Origin: Opitutales bacterium
Lineage (GTDB): Bacteria; Verrucomicrobiota; Verrucomicrobiia; Opitutales; Coraliomargaritaceae
Length of the DNA: 32,000 bases
Assembly: GCA_049606355.1 (NCBI GenBank)
Contig: JBMYVL010000011.1
Span: forward strand, 6,057 to 38,056
Direction: 5' to 3'
Shown: in pieces, positions 17,126 to 32,000 of the stretch
How the letters are laid out: the number at the start of each line of letters is the position of its first letter
How positions within the stretch are numbered: position 1 is the first letter of the stretch
Notes under the pieces: generated by a model
What the model was told of the DNA's origin: nothing
What the model saw: the letters and a program-made list of their open reading frames with translations, nothing else
The model's database searches: none
Made by a program: the position numbers and the translations under genes

Positions 17126-17524
17126 ATGAAACGCGACAAGAAGATCACCCAATTTGCCAAGAAGCTGGTCGAACTGTCTAAGGACAGCGAGGGCGTGGTG
17201 ACGCGCGGCAAGGTGGACGAGGTCTTGGCTGGCTTGAAACAAGCCCAACCCCGCCACTATCTTCTGTTGCTTAAATCGTATCTGGAGTACATGCGACGCG
17301 CCATCGCATTACAAACCGCAGCAGTCGCGGCGCCCGCAGCACTCAGTGAGGATGCGCTGCACGCGATAGAGGCGCACTTTAGCCAAGTTTATGGCCGCGC
17401 CATCACTGCGACCACCCACACCGATGCGTCCTTAATTGCCGGAGTGCGCGTGCGCGTTGGCGATGACCTTTATGATGCTTCGATTGCCGGGCGCCTCAAC
17501 CGCCTCGCCGAACAAGTTAACTAA
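17126..17524 (+). CDS. atpH: F0F1 ATP synthase subunit delta (OSCP), unusually short at 132 aa
   Basis: It sits between atpF and atpA. The C-terminal motif [25 protein letters not shown] is typical of delta subunits. Confidence 0.8.
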   Translation: MKRDKKITQFAKKLVELSKDSEGVVTRGKVDEVLAGLKQAQPRHYLLLLKSYLEYMRRAIALQTAAVAAPAALSEDALHAIEAHFSQVYGRAITATTHTDASLIAGVRVRVGDDLYDASIAGRLNRLAEQVN

Positions 17525-17568
17525 TCTTTTTACCCGAGTTCCTCAAAAACCTTTCAATAACTTTTCCC

Positions 17569-19113
<1,545 letters not shown>

Positions 19114-19151
19114 TTGATGCGCAGCACCCACGAACGGACGATTGAATTATA

Positions 19152-20051
19152 ATGGCTAATCTTCGCGATATCCGCCGCCGTATCAAGTCGGTCAAGAACA
19201 CCCGACAGATCACGCGTGCGATGCAGCTGGTTTCATCGTCCAAGATGAAGCGGGCGCAGGACGCTGCTGTGGCAGGTCGCCCCTACGCGCTATTGTTGGC
19301 AGATCTTCTGGATACCGTCAGCGAAAAGCTGGAGCTGTCGGGCGCCTCGCTGGCGCACCCATTCTTTGAAAAGCGTGAGGTGAAAACACGCGGGATCATT
19401 ATTTTGTCGACGGACAAAGGGCTGTGCGGGCCGCTCAACACCAATTTATTCCGCGAAATCATCGATCAGGTAAAGGGCGACGCGAAGTTCATTACTGTCG
19501 GACGCAAGGGCACCCAATTTATTTCGCGCAGCCAGCGCGATCTGATGGCGGATTTTAACGTCTCCGATAAGGTGAGCTTTAACGAGATTCGCGCGATGCT
19601 GAAACTGGTCATCGATGCCTATAATAAGGGCGAAATCGACACGGTGGAGATTGCCTACCCAAGCTTCGTCAATGTTCTCGTGCAGGAACCCGTGCTCCAG
19701 AAGCTCTTGCCGATCGTCGATTTAGAAGAAGTTCTCGAGCAACTGAGCAAGCGCACCGGCGGGGAGAGCAACTCACTGGCTGCGCGCAGCGATGCCCGCG
19801 AGATGAGCTTTGAGCCGAGTGCGGAAGCGGTCTTGGCGGAATTGCCCAGCCACTACGTCAAGGTGATCATTCATCAATTGCTGCTTGAGAGTCGCGCCGC
19901 AGAGCACAGTGCACGCATGGTTGCCATGAAGGCAGCGACGGACAATGCCTCGACGCTGATTGATGACCTTACCTTGGATTATAACAAGGCGCGTCAGGCA
20001 GCCATCACCCAGGAAATACTTGAAATCGCCGCGGCATCCGCAGCGCACTAA
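19152..20051 (+). CDS. atpG: F0F1 ATP synthase subunit gamma
   Basis: The N-terminus is [36 protein letters not shown] and the C-terminus is [16 protein letters not shown]. Confidence 0.95.
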   Translation: MANLRDIRRRIKSVKNTRQITRAMQLVSSSKMKRAQDAAVAGRPYALLLADLLDTVSEKLELSGASLAHPFFEKREVKTRGIIILSTDKGLCGPLNTNLFREIIDQVKGDAKFITVGRKGTQFISRSQRDLMADFNVSDKVSFNEIRAMLKLVIDAYNKGEIDTVEIAYPSFVNVLVQEPVLQKLLPIVDLEEVLEQLSKRTGGESNSLAARSDAREMSFEPSAEAVLAELPSHYVKVIIHQLLLESRAAEHSARMVAMKAATDNASTLIDDLTLDYNKARQAAITQEILEIAAASAAH

Positions 20052-21518
<1,467 letters not shown>

Positions 21519-21561
21519 GCACTTCGGATAAGGGCCTAAACTTGTAACTTGCTCACCTTGT

Positions 21562-21972
21562 ATGCTGACACTCGAAATCATTACACCGGATGCTAAGGTC
21601 TTCAGTGCCGAGGCGGATCAGGTCGTGTTGCCGACCGAATCCGGCGAAACCGGCATTCTGACCGGCCACGTGCCCTTGGTGACCAAGCTGATCGCCGGTG
21701 AGCTGAAGGTGCTCAAAGGCGGCCAAGCGGACTTCATCGCGGTTGACCACGGTTTCGTAAAGGTGCTCGGCAATACCGTATCGGTGCTCACAGAAGCGGC
21801 CATCAATGTCAGTGAAATTGATCTCAGCGAGGTGGAGTCTGCGCAGGCGCGTGCCGAAGCAGCCCTCAAGCAGGCCGAACTCGAAGGAGCCGATCCTGCT
21901 GAGGTCGAACGCTTGACCTCGAGCGTTCGCTATCTCGTCGCGCAAAAGCTGGCCAAGGGCCGCCGTCGCTAA
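21562..21972 (+). CDS. atpC: F0F1 ATP synthase subunit epsilon
   Basis: This 136-aa protein is the last gene of the operon. It begins with a beta-sandwich-type N-terminus ([35 protein letters not shown]) and ends in a helical C-terminus. Confidence 0.9.
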   Translation: MLTLEIITPDAKVFSAEADQVVLPTESGETGILTGHVPLVTKLIAGELKVLKGGQADFIAVDHGFVKVLGNTVSVLTEAAINVSEIDLSEVESAQARAEAALKQAELEGADPAEVERLTSSVRYLVAQKLAKGRRR

Positions 21973-21991
21973 GCGCTCGAAGTAGTTTTCA

Positions 21992-22026
21992 AAAACGCGA
22001 TCCCGAGATGGGGTCGCGTTTTTTGG
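21992..22026. terminator. rho-independent terminator, probably bidirectional (atp operon and convergent coaX)
   Basis: The sequence is aaaaacgcgatccc-gagat-ggggtcgcgtttttt. The 9-bp GC-rich stem runs 21997-22005 with 22011-22019 and includes one G-U. It is flanked by an A-run upstream and a T-run downstream, so it reads as hairpin plus U-tract on both strands. It lies 20 nt after the atpC stop and 50 nt after the coaX stop. Confidence 0.7.
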
Positions 22027-22075
22027 TTCGCGGACTGCGCACTTCAGATCGGCGGCGGAGCCGCTCTTGCACCCC

Positions 22076-22849
22076 TCAGCCTCCCTGCGCCCGCGCAAAG
22101 CCAACCGCCAGCCCTTGCAGGGTGAGGTGCTCGACGAATCGACTCTTGTCGGCCCAATCTTTGGTGAGGTTGGCAGTGCTGCCACCGGTCGAGAGCACGA
22201 CCGGGGCGACCCCGTCACGCGCCTGCAGTTCCGCGGTGACGCGCGCGGTGAGCGCATCGATCATGCCCGTAAACCCGACGGCGACCCCCAACTGCATCGC
22301 ATGTACGGTGGATTTGCCGATCGCCCCGTCGACATCGACCAGGTCTGCGGCCTGCAGCTCAGGGAGTAGGGCCGTCTGCTCGTGTAAATAGCGTGTCATG
22401 ACCTGCAGCCCCGGCGCGATGATGCCGCCTTCGTAGCCTCTGCGGCTGACAATGTCGAAGGTCACCGCAGTGCCCATATCAATTACAATGGCGGGCGCTC
22501 CGTGGAAGGCTTGCGCGGCCAGTGCGTTCGCGAGGCGGTCCTCGCCGATTTCTGCCGGATTCGGGTAGACGAGCTCGAGGCCGCGGCAGCTGGCATGCGT
22601 TAAATGAAAGAGTGGCAGCCCGGTGCGATCGAGTGTGGCCTCCAACTGAGCGTTCACGGCCGGCACAACTGAGCCAAAGGCAATCCCGTCGGCCTGTGCC
22701 AGCGCCGCGCTCACCTGATCCGCAAAAGCCGTTGCGGGCCCTTCGCGCAGCCAATCCGTAGGCGCCTCGCCGGTCGCCGACACGTGCTCGCCTTCGACCA
22801 GCCCGTAATGGGTGCTGGTGTTGCCGACATCAATACACAGAAGTTTCAT
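22076..22849 (-). CDS. coaX: type III pantothenate kinase (CoaX)
   Basis: [17 protein letters not shown] carries the type III PanK DxGNT motif, with [12 protein letters not shown] and LSTGG also present. The start is moved to the ATG at 22847-22849 (258 aa), 22 nt after the birA stop. The tracked longer form overlaps birA. Confidence 0.88.
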   Translation of the reverse strand: MKLLCIDVGNTSTHYGLVEGEHVSATGEAPTDWLREGPATAFADQVSAALAQADGIAFGSVVPAVNAQLEATLDRTGLPLFHLTHASCRGLELVYPNPAEIGEDRLANALAAQAFHGAPAIVIDMGTAVTFDIVSRRGYEGGIIAPGLQVMTRYLHEQTALLPELQAADLVDVDGAIGKSTVHAMQLGVAVGFTGMIDALTARVTAELQARDGVAPVVLSTGGSTANLTKDWADKSRFVEHLTLQGLAVGFARAQGG

Positions 22850-22871
22850 CGAGCGTTGCCGTAAAAAGAAG

Positions 22872-23927
22872 TTAGCCAGTGTGAGTGGTGTCGCGGGTGG
22901 TGGCAGGTGCTTTTTGGATTCGAACATCGCCCGCGTGGATCGACTGTAAGCCTGCCGCGCCGTCAATCAAGAGTGCACCCTGCGCGTCAATGCCGCTGGC
23001 GATACCCGAGACCTCGCGCTCCCCGATCTGGGCGCTGACCCATTGACCCTGCAGGGAGTCGAGGGGTGCCCACGCCTCGGTTAATGCGGGGCTTGGCGCG
23101 TCCCCCAGGCAGACTTCGTAGGCTCGCTGGATGGCGTGGATCACCTCTGCGGTGATGCGGTTGATCGGCAGTTCCTCGCCATGTAGCGCATACAGGCTCG
23201 TCGCGAGGCTGCGGAGCTCGGGCGGGAAGTCCATCGGGTTACAGTTGATGTTGATGCCGATACCAAAAACCAGCGTTTTTAGCCCATCCGCGTCCATCTT
23301 CGCCTCTGTAAGCATACCGGCGAACTTACGCCCCCCGCAATGCAGGTCATTCGGCCATTTGATTTTGAGGGGAGCCTTCGGGACAAATGCTTGCAGCACC
23401 CGGCAGATGTGAATGCCGGCCCACAGGGTAAAATGCTGCAATTGCTGCGCCGGGACCATCGGCTCAAAAACCACCGATAGGTAGAGATTGTCTGCCGATG
23501 CGCTGTACCAATCGCGCCGCAGGCGTCCGCGGCCTTTGGTCTGGCAGCTGGAAACGACTGCGAACGGACTGGGCTGCCCGTAAGAGACACGGCGCTCGGC
23601 CTCACTGTTGGTGCTGTCGATCGCGGGGAAGTACAAGACCTCCATGGCGCCGGCAAGCGTCTGCTGATGATAGCTTAACAGCCCCGGATGCAGGATCGTT
23701 GGCAATTGGGTGAGTCGATAGCCACGGTTACGTACCGCTTCAAAGTCGAACCCCGCCGCGCGCAGCTTCTCCAGTTTGCCTTTGATGGCTGGCCGCGATA
23801 CCCCGATCTGCTCGGCGAGTCGACTCCCCGACACGAATTCGCCCTCTGCTGCCAGTAGGGCATTCAGAATGAGCTGTTCGTCGGGGTCGGCGTGGAGTTG
23901 CCGATACGTTTCCTCGGTGGCAGTCAT
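22872..23927 (-). CDS. birA: bifunctional biotin-[acetyl-CoA-carboxylase] ligase / biotin operon repressor BirA
   Basis: The N-terminal HTH is [40 protein letters not shown]. The ligase motifs are [12 protein letters not shown] (GRGRxGRxW) and KWPNDL. The ATG at 23925-23927 is preferred; the tracked start at 23975 is a TTG that overlaps nadC. Confidence 0.88.
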   Translation of the reverse strand: MTATEETYRQLHADPDEQLILNALLAAEGEFVSGSRLAEQIGVSRPAIKGKLEKLRAAGFDFEAVRNRGYRLTQLPTILHPGLLSYHQQTLAGAMEVLYFPAIDSTNSEAERRVSYGQPSPFAVVSSCQTKGRGRLRRDWYSASADNLYLSVVFEPMVPAQQLQHFTLWAGIHICRVLQAFVPKAPLKIKWPNDLHCGGRKFAGMLTEAKMDADGLKTLVFGIGININCNPMDFPPELRSLATSLYALHGEELPINRITAEVIHAIQRAYEVCLGDAPSPALTEAWAPLDSLQGQWVSAQIGEREVSGIASGIDAQGALLIDGAAGLQSIHAGDVRIQKAPATTRDTTHTG

Positions 23928-23962
23928 GTGCGTGTGTGAAGATGAAGTGGCCGCGCCTTCGC

Positions 23963-24895
23963 TTAGGTCTGCCAATCGAGGCCGATATCTTTCCAGCGGC
24001 TTTGGTGGACCGGTGCGCCGGTTGAGATGAAATCGAGCCCGAGTGTGCCCAGTTGTGCGAGCTTCGCTTGGGTAATGCCGCCACTGGCTTCAGTGCGAGC
24101 GCGTCCATCGATCAGTTGCAGCGCGGTTTGCAGGGCCTCGCTGGAAAAATTATCGAGTAAAATAATGTCCGCACCGGCATCGAGCACGGGAGCAATTTGT
24201 TCAACTTGATCGACCTCCACCTCGACCGGCAAGTCGCCGCAGGTGGCACGCGCCAGTTCGACCGTTTCGCTCAAGCGACTGCCTCCACTCGCGCCGGCGA
24301 CGGCGAGGTGATTGTCTTTGAGCATAATGCGATCAAACAGCCCGATACGGTGATTGTAGCCGCCGCCGCAGGCGAAGGCGTATTTTTGCAGGATGCGGTA
24401 GCCGGGCAAGGTCTTGCGCGTGTCCAGCAATGCGGTCGCGCTGTCGCCGAGTGCGCGGACGTAAGCCGCGGTTTCGCTGGCGATGCCGGAGAGGTGCTGC
24501 AAAAAGTTGAGTAGGATGCGTTCGGCCTGCAGAAGGCTTGCCGAAGGGCCGCTCAGGACGCCCAAGAGCTCGCCGCTGGCGGCGGTGGCGCCGTCGGCAA
24601 GCGCCGCTTCGAACGAACTGCCTTCGCCATAGGCATCCAGCACGACCGGCACCATCCCGAGCCCACAAACGACCATGGGCTCACGGGCGCGCAGTTCCGC
24701 TCGGCCGTTGGCACCTTCCGGCATGAGTGCGGTGGTAACATCGCCGAGGCGCTGGGGCCGCATCGCCAGTCCGGCGCCCGCAAGATCTTCAATTTTGGCG
24801 AGGCCGACCAATTGGCGCAGGTAGTCGGGATCTAAGTCCTCCCAACGGAGCCGGGAGAGCAGGGCGTCGGAATCAAATCGCGCAGTTGTGGGCAT
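23963..24895 (-). CDS. nadC: nicotinate-nucleotide pyrophosphorylase (quinolinate phosphoribosyltransferase) NadC
   Basis: Motifs present are [36 protein letters not shown] and ASGGIT. Confidence 0.92.
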   Translation of the reverse strand: MPTTARFDSDALLSRLRWEDLDPDYLRQLVGLAKIEDLAGAGLAMRPQRLGDVTTALMPEGANGRAELRAREPMVVCGLGMVPVVLDAYGEGSSFEAALADGATAASGELLGVLSGPSASLLQAERILLNFLQHLSGIASETAAYVRALGDSATALLDTRKTLPGYRILQKYAFACGGGYNHRIGLFDRIMLKDNHLAVAGASGGSRLSETVELARATCGDLPVEVEVDQVEQIAPVLDAGADIILLDNFSSEALQTALQLIDGRARTEASGGITQAKLAQLGTLGLDFISTGAPVHQSRWKDIGLDWQT

Positions 24896-25014
24896 AGTGT
24901 CGTTACAAGTTCAGCAAGGGGCACACTGGGTGGCTTCTCAGGCGCGTGCAACTCATTATGCCGACCGCGCGATTCAGACTTGGCAGGCGCACGTGCCTAG
25001 GGCATGCACACATC

Positions 25015-25641
25015 ATGATCATGACTACCGTCGGGATTCTGATGCTCGTCGCGGCGATCGTCGCGCTGTACTGGTTCATGGTGCAGCAGGCCGCCGCTAA
25101 AATTACTGCGCAATACCACAAGCTCGCCGAGCGGTTCACGCTCGAGATCACCGAGGCGCAAGCGCAGCTGGCTGGATTCATTCGCCCGGAGCCCTTTGTG
25201 CACGGCGACTACCGCGGCCGCGAGCTCTCCATTTCGGTGCCGGGCAAGGGCCTGCAAAATACCCGACAAACGGAGACCGTCCTAAAGGTGGCGGTGCGAA
25301 CCAGAGGCGACTTTGCCCTGCAAATGACTGCGAGTGGCATGCTGGGTCGCTTGCGCCAGCGTGATAGCGGGCAAAAGAAACGCTGGCTCAGCGGCGATCC
25401 GGAATTTGACCGAGCCATTGATGTGCGGACCAGCGATGGCGTACGCCTTGCCATGCACCTGGATCGCACCAGCCAACAAGCCTTGGCCGCCTTGCTGCAA
25501 GGCAGTCGCGCGACGATCTATTTGGGGCAGGGCACACTCGCGTATGCCGAGCTGGGTCTGATCGCGGGGGAGGCTCAGCGTGCGCGCTTCGAGCAGGCGG
25601 TGGAAGTGCTGTGTGATTGCGCGGAAACGTTCGAAGCCTAA
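25015..25641 (+). CDS. hypothetical protein with an N-terminal membrane anchor
   Basis: The ORF has one N-terminal hydrophobic helix (TTVGILMLVAAIVALYWFMV) and a soluble domain of about 180 aa with no motif I recognise. The start is placed at the ATG at 25015 (another ATG is at 25021); the tracked start at 24946 is a GTG. Confidence 0.5.
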   Translation: MIMTTVGILMLVAAIVALYWFMVQQAAAKITAQYHKLAERFTLEITEAQAQLAGFIRPEPFVHGDYRGRELSISVPGKGLQNTRQTETVLKVAVRTRGDFALQMTASGMLGRLRQRDSGQKKRWLSGDPEFDRAIDVRTSDGVRLAMHLDRTSQQALAALLQGSRATIYLGQGTLAYAELGLIAGEAQRARFEQAVEVLCDCAETFEA

Positions 25642-25642
25642 G

Positions 25643-26236
25643 TCAGCGTGCCCGCTGCGTCTCGGCCTGATAAATCGAGCGCAGGGCTTCAAAGTCCGCC
25701 TCTTTGCTGCTGCTCCGCACTACATGGTCGTAGCGGTCGGCGTGCTCCATCTCCTCGAGCGCGACTTGCATCCGGCGCTGGATTTCGTCGTCACTATCGG
25801 TGCCGCGCCCACGCAGGCGCCGCTCCAGCTCCTCGAGCGTCGGCGGCAGGATAAAGACGCTGGCGATGCGGCCGTTGAGCAGCGCATCCGTCGCTGCGGT
25901 GGCACGCATTTGGGCGGCGCCTTGCACATCAATGTTTAGCAGTAAATCGATGCCTGCGCGCAGCTTTGCTTGCACCTCACTTTTGAGGGTCCCGTAGAGT
26001 TGATGGTGAACCTGGGCATATTCATAAAACGCACCATCGGCAATGCGCGCCTCAAAGTCCTCCCGCGCTAAGAAGTGATAATCGCTGCCGTTGACCTCGC
26101 TGCCGCGTGGCGCCCGTGTCGTCGCAGTCACAATACGCTGTAGCTCGGGCAGCTCGCCCAGCAAGCGCTCACAGACGGTGGTCTTGCCGCTGCCGGCGGG
26201 TCCGGAGACAATCAGCAATAAGCCTGTTCGGTTCAT
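25643..26236 (-). CDS. gmk: guanylate kinase
   Basis: The P-loop is [10 protein letters not shown], with [17 protein letters not shown] and a typical length of 197 aa. Confidence 0.93.
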   Translation of the reverse strand: MNRTGLLLIVSGPAGSGKTTVCERLLGELPELQRIVTATTRAPRGSEVNGSDYHFLAREDFEARIADGAFYEYAQVHHQLYGTLKSEVQAKLRAGIDLLLNIDVQGAAQMRATAATDALLNGRIASVFILPPTLEELERRLRGRGTDSDDEIQRRMQVALEEMEHADRYDHVVRSSSKEADFEALRSIYQAETQRAR

Positions 26237-26253
26237 ACGCAGCGCTTCGGGAG

Positions 26254-26790
26254 CTAATAGGTAAAGGCGATGGCGGTGAGCAGCAGGCCGTAGGCGCTGA
26301 AGCAGCCGCCCAAAAGACGAGGGCGGTTCGGGCGGCGGTACAGCCAGTCAAAGAAGTCACGCAAGCGGTAGGGGCTGCCGCCCAGAATCAGAGCGACGAC
26401 GATGGCGCAGTAAACGAAGCTGACCAAAAACAGCCGCGCTTGTGGATCCTGCATATACGCCGCATCCAGCACTGCGTGGGCGCTGAGGAGCATGAGCCCG
26501 GCGAGGCCGCGGACGGCGAGGAAATCGGGCATGAAATAAAAGGAACCCAACGCAGTGAGTAGAAAGAGCCCAAACAAGAGGTGTTTGTACTGCCCGAAGT
26601 CGGCGGGGCCGAGCTGCGCTACATGAGTCAGAAACCACGCGGCGGCGGCCCCCATCAGTAGGTAGCTTGCGGTTTGTGAGCGCGGAAACGCTTTGCTGCT
26701 TTTTTCGGAGGCCATGCCGTGCCACAGAAAGTGCGCCCCGAAGGCGATCAGGAAGAGTCCGGTAAAGAGGGTGGCTTGAAAGAGCGTCAT
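26254..26790 (-). CDS. integral membrane protein (about 5-6 TM segments), function unknown
   Basis: The 178-aa ORF has an ATG start and repeated hydrophobic segments ([89 protein letters not shown]). It ends 17 nt upstream of gmk, so it is probably co-transcribed. Confidence 0.55.
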   Translation of the reverse strand: MTLFQATLFTGLFLIAFGAHFLWHGMASEKSSKAFPRSQTASYLLMGAAAAWFLTHVAQLGPADFGQYKHLLFGLFLLTALGSFYFMPDFLAVRGLAGLMLLSAHAVLDAAYMQDPQARLFLVSFVYCAIVVALILGGSPYRLRDFFDWLYRRPNRPRLLGGCFSAYGLLLTAIAFTY

Positions 26791-26913
26791 ATCTGAGCTA
26801 GTGAGCTACAGTGTATTGCAGGGGCGTGAAAGCAAAAAAGGCGCGGATCGCTGCCTAGGTCTGGGTGTTGAAACACGTTTGTCAGTTGCGCGCTCGTCTG
26901 TCAGCCTGCCGCG

Positions 26914-27570
26914 ATGGATTTAAAACTGGAAAACGCGGTGCAGCCAATCGATCTGGTCGTCTTTGATTGTGATGGGGTACTCCTCGACACCATGCCCGCA
27001 AAGATAGAGGCCTTTCGGCAGTGGGTGCCGGCCGCGCACCGCGCTTACCGCGAGGCCTTTATGCGCGAAGTGATGGCAGGCTTCGGCAAGAGCCGCGCCA
27101 CGCATATCGCATACTTCTATCAGGAGCTGCTACAAACCGAGCCGGATCCGGCCTTCCTTGATGCCGAAGTGGCGCGGTTTACGGCGCTCTGTGAGCCGCT
27201 CTGCGCGGGGGCTTCGTGGCGCACCGGTTCTCGCGCCTTTGTGGAGGCCTGCAGTGCCGCGGGCGTGCCGCGCTATGTTTTGTCCGGCACCCCGCAAGCA
27301 CCACTCGAGGCCATGCTTGCCAGTGCCGATGGCACGGCGGCCTTCGATGTCATTATCGGCTCACCGCCCGCCAAGCCCGAGAGCCTGCAGCGGATTTTAG
27401 CGGAAACCGGCACCGCTGCGCACCGCACCGTGTTTATCGGCGACGCCAATGCCGACCAACAGGCTGCCTTACATGTGGGCGCGCATTTTGTTTACATCGC
27501 GTCGGAGGCGAATCGTCCAGAGGCGCCGATCGCCACCGAGGTGACGAGCCTGCTGGACTTGTTGCCGTAG
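26914..27570 (+). CDS. HAD-superfamily hydrolase (phosphatase-like)
   Basis: Motif I is [13 protein letters not shown] (DxDG), motif II is VLSGTP, and motif IV is [12 protein letters not shown]. Confidence 0.8.
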   Translation: MDLKLENAVQPIDLVVFDCDGVLLDTMPAKIEAFRQWVPAAHRAYREAFMREVMAGFGKSRATHIAYFYQELLQTEPDPAFLDAEVARFTALCEPLCAGASWRTGSRAFVEACSAAGVPRYVLSGTPQAPLEAMLASADGTAAFDVIIGSPPAKPESLQRILAETGTAAHRTVFIGDANADQQAALHVGAHFVYIASEANRPEAPIATEVTSLLDLLP

Positions 27571-27593
27571 CCTGCTCCAGCGCCTGTCGTGGC

Positions 27594-31307
<3,714 letters not shown>

Positions 31308-31311
31308 ATTA

Positions 31312-31339
31312 ATATCAACATATCATTATATCTTGATAT
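31312..31339. promoter_or_regulatory. 28-bp AT-only near-palindrome immediately upstream of the metH start codon (candidate operator or 5'-UTR hairpin)
   Basis: ATATCAAcATATcATtATATcTTGATAT has 12 of 14 positions symmetric about 31325/31326. It lies 5-32 nt upstream of the metH ATG (31305-31307, minus strand) inside a roughly 40-nt stretch almost devoid of G/C. Confidence 0.3.
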
Positions 31340-31457
31340 GTAATGCAAGTGCAGACTGAGCTTTTTGTGCAGGCGCCAGCCTGCCAGCGGCTGGCTGCAG
31401 CGCAAAACTTAAAAATTGGGATTGGCAGTGCTGCAGATTTGCTGCACGCCTTAGGCC

Positions 31458-32000
31458 ATGAATGTCGAGGCTCGTATCTCTAAAGAATGGCGCCGCCGTA
31501 TGCTCTTTCTGCTGTTTATGCTGACGGGTATCGGTGCGTGGTTTCTCTCCGACGGCTATCACTATTGGCCGCAGGAGGCGCAGCGCCATGCCGCCTATAC
31601 GCAGATCCTCGAGGATTTGATTGCGGCCGGCGAGGCGAAGGATGCGGAGAGCTCTGCGGTGCAGCTTGCCTGGCAGCGCCACGCCAAGGCCGCGGGTTTC
31701 CGCGACGAGGTGCCCAGCGAGCGCACTGCGGGCGCGATCGCGGAGCAGCGCACCATCGGCTGGGTGCTCCTCAGCGGTTGCACACTGTTTGCCCTGTGGG
31801 TGGCGTGGAATCATCGCCTGTGCGTGCGTGCGGAGGGCGATACGATTATCGGCACAGGCGGCCAGCAGGTGTCTTTTGACGCGATTACGGAGATCGACCG
31901 CAAAAAATGGAAATCCAAGGGGATTGCGTACGCACTGTATCGCGCTGGGGGTAAAACGCGCCGCCTCACGCTGGACGCGCACAAGTTTAAGGGCTGCGAC
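31458..32000 (+). CDS. hypothetical membrane protein, partial (runs off the right edge)
   Basis: This ORF is not in the track because it has no in-window stop. My translation from the ATG at 31458 is MNVEARISKEWRRRMLFLLFMLTGIGAWFLSDGYHYWPQEAQRHAAYTQILEDLIAAGEAKDAESSAVQLAWQRHAKAAGFRDEVPSERTAGAIAEQRTIGWVLLSGCTLFALWVAWNHRLCVRAEGDTIIGTGGQQVSFDAITEIDRKKWKSKGIAYALYRAGGKTRRLTLDAHKFKGCD... It has two hydrophobic helices and a more protein-like composition than the Arg-rich competing ORFs at 31326..31982 (-) and 31487..31879 (+). Confidence 0.45.
   Translation, partial: MNVEARISKEWRRRMLFLLFMLTGIGAWFLSDGYHYWPQEAQRHAAYTQILEDLIAAGEAKDAESSAVQLAWQRHAKAAGFRDEVPSERTAGAIAEQRTIGWVLLSGCTLFALWVAWNHRLCVRAEGDTIIGTGGQQVSFDAITEIDRKKWKSKGIAYALYRAGGKTRRLTLDAHKFKGCD

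Noticed and set aside
21553-22257. A 234-aa minus-strand ORF spanning atpC, the terminator and the coaX 3' end.
   Set aside because: It overlaps two well-supported genes and runs straight through a strong terminator hairpin. The sequence is Arg/Ser/Pro-rich and not protein-like.
26880-26904. A direct repeat TGTCAG-N13-TGTCAG upstream of the second HAD gene, considered as a Pho-box-like site.
   Set aside because: The spacing is 19 nt start to start, not the 11-nt periodicity of Pho boxes. With only 6-nt units, it is likely chance.
31340-31457. A SAM, SAH or cobalamin riboswitch in the metH leader.
   Set aside because: I could not recognise any conserved riboswitch core (no B12 box, no SAM-I/II or SAH signature) by eye. 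An Infernal/Rfam scan would be needed, so only the palindrome and hairpin are reported.
31326-31982. A 218-aa minus-strand ORF and a 130-aa plus-strand ORF (31487..31879) at the right edge.
   Set aside because: Both are Arg/Ala-rich shadow frames. The open-ended plus frame from 31458 has two clean TM helices and balanced composition.

Overview
This window reads as an ordinary, tightly packed core-chromosome segment of a roughly 58-60% GC bacterium. I did not find a convincing novel multi-gene system such as a defence island, mobile element or biosynthetic cluster, and I say so rather than force one. The lineage may be PVC/Verrucomicrobiota-like, based on a plant/cyanobacterial-style long IspH, a type III pantothenate kinase and the overall protein flavour; this is a low-confidence inference. 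I support about 32 CDS. In order they are: a partial RelE/ParE-like toxin, ispH (long form), miaB, a GGCT-like gene, an SGNH hydrolase, and an SDR-like protein with a histone-H1-like Lys/Ala tail. Next come a HAD hydrolase, a small membrane protein, recA, mnmE-mnmG (ATGA overlap), an OmpR-family regulator plus PhoR-like kinase (ATGA overlap), and trmB. A complete F1Fo ATP synthase operon follows (atpB-E-F-H-A-G-D-C, no atpI). The rest are a nadC-birA-coaX cluster, gmk, two further membrane or hypothetical proteins, a second HAD hydrolase, metH (1237 aa) and a partial hypothetical membrane protein at the right edge. By eye I found no rRNA, tRNA, CRISPR array, transposase or long repeat. Many long ORFs in the track are antisense or shadow frames typical of GC-rich DNA and were rejected. 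The most unusual item is the 467-aa protein at 4819..6222. It has a Rossmann/SDR-like domain that appears to lack the catalytic Tyr/Lys, fused to a strongly basic, low-complexity tail. Smaller items are the roughly 200-aa N-terminal region on IspH, an intrinsic-terminator-like hairpin between atpE and atpF, a 28-bp AT-only near-palindrome next to the metH start codon, and an apparently orphan RelE-like toxin. All homology calls come from motif recognition by eye; no database search was run.
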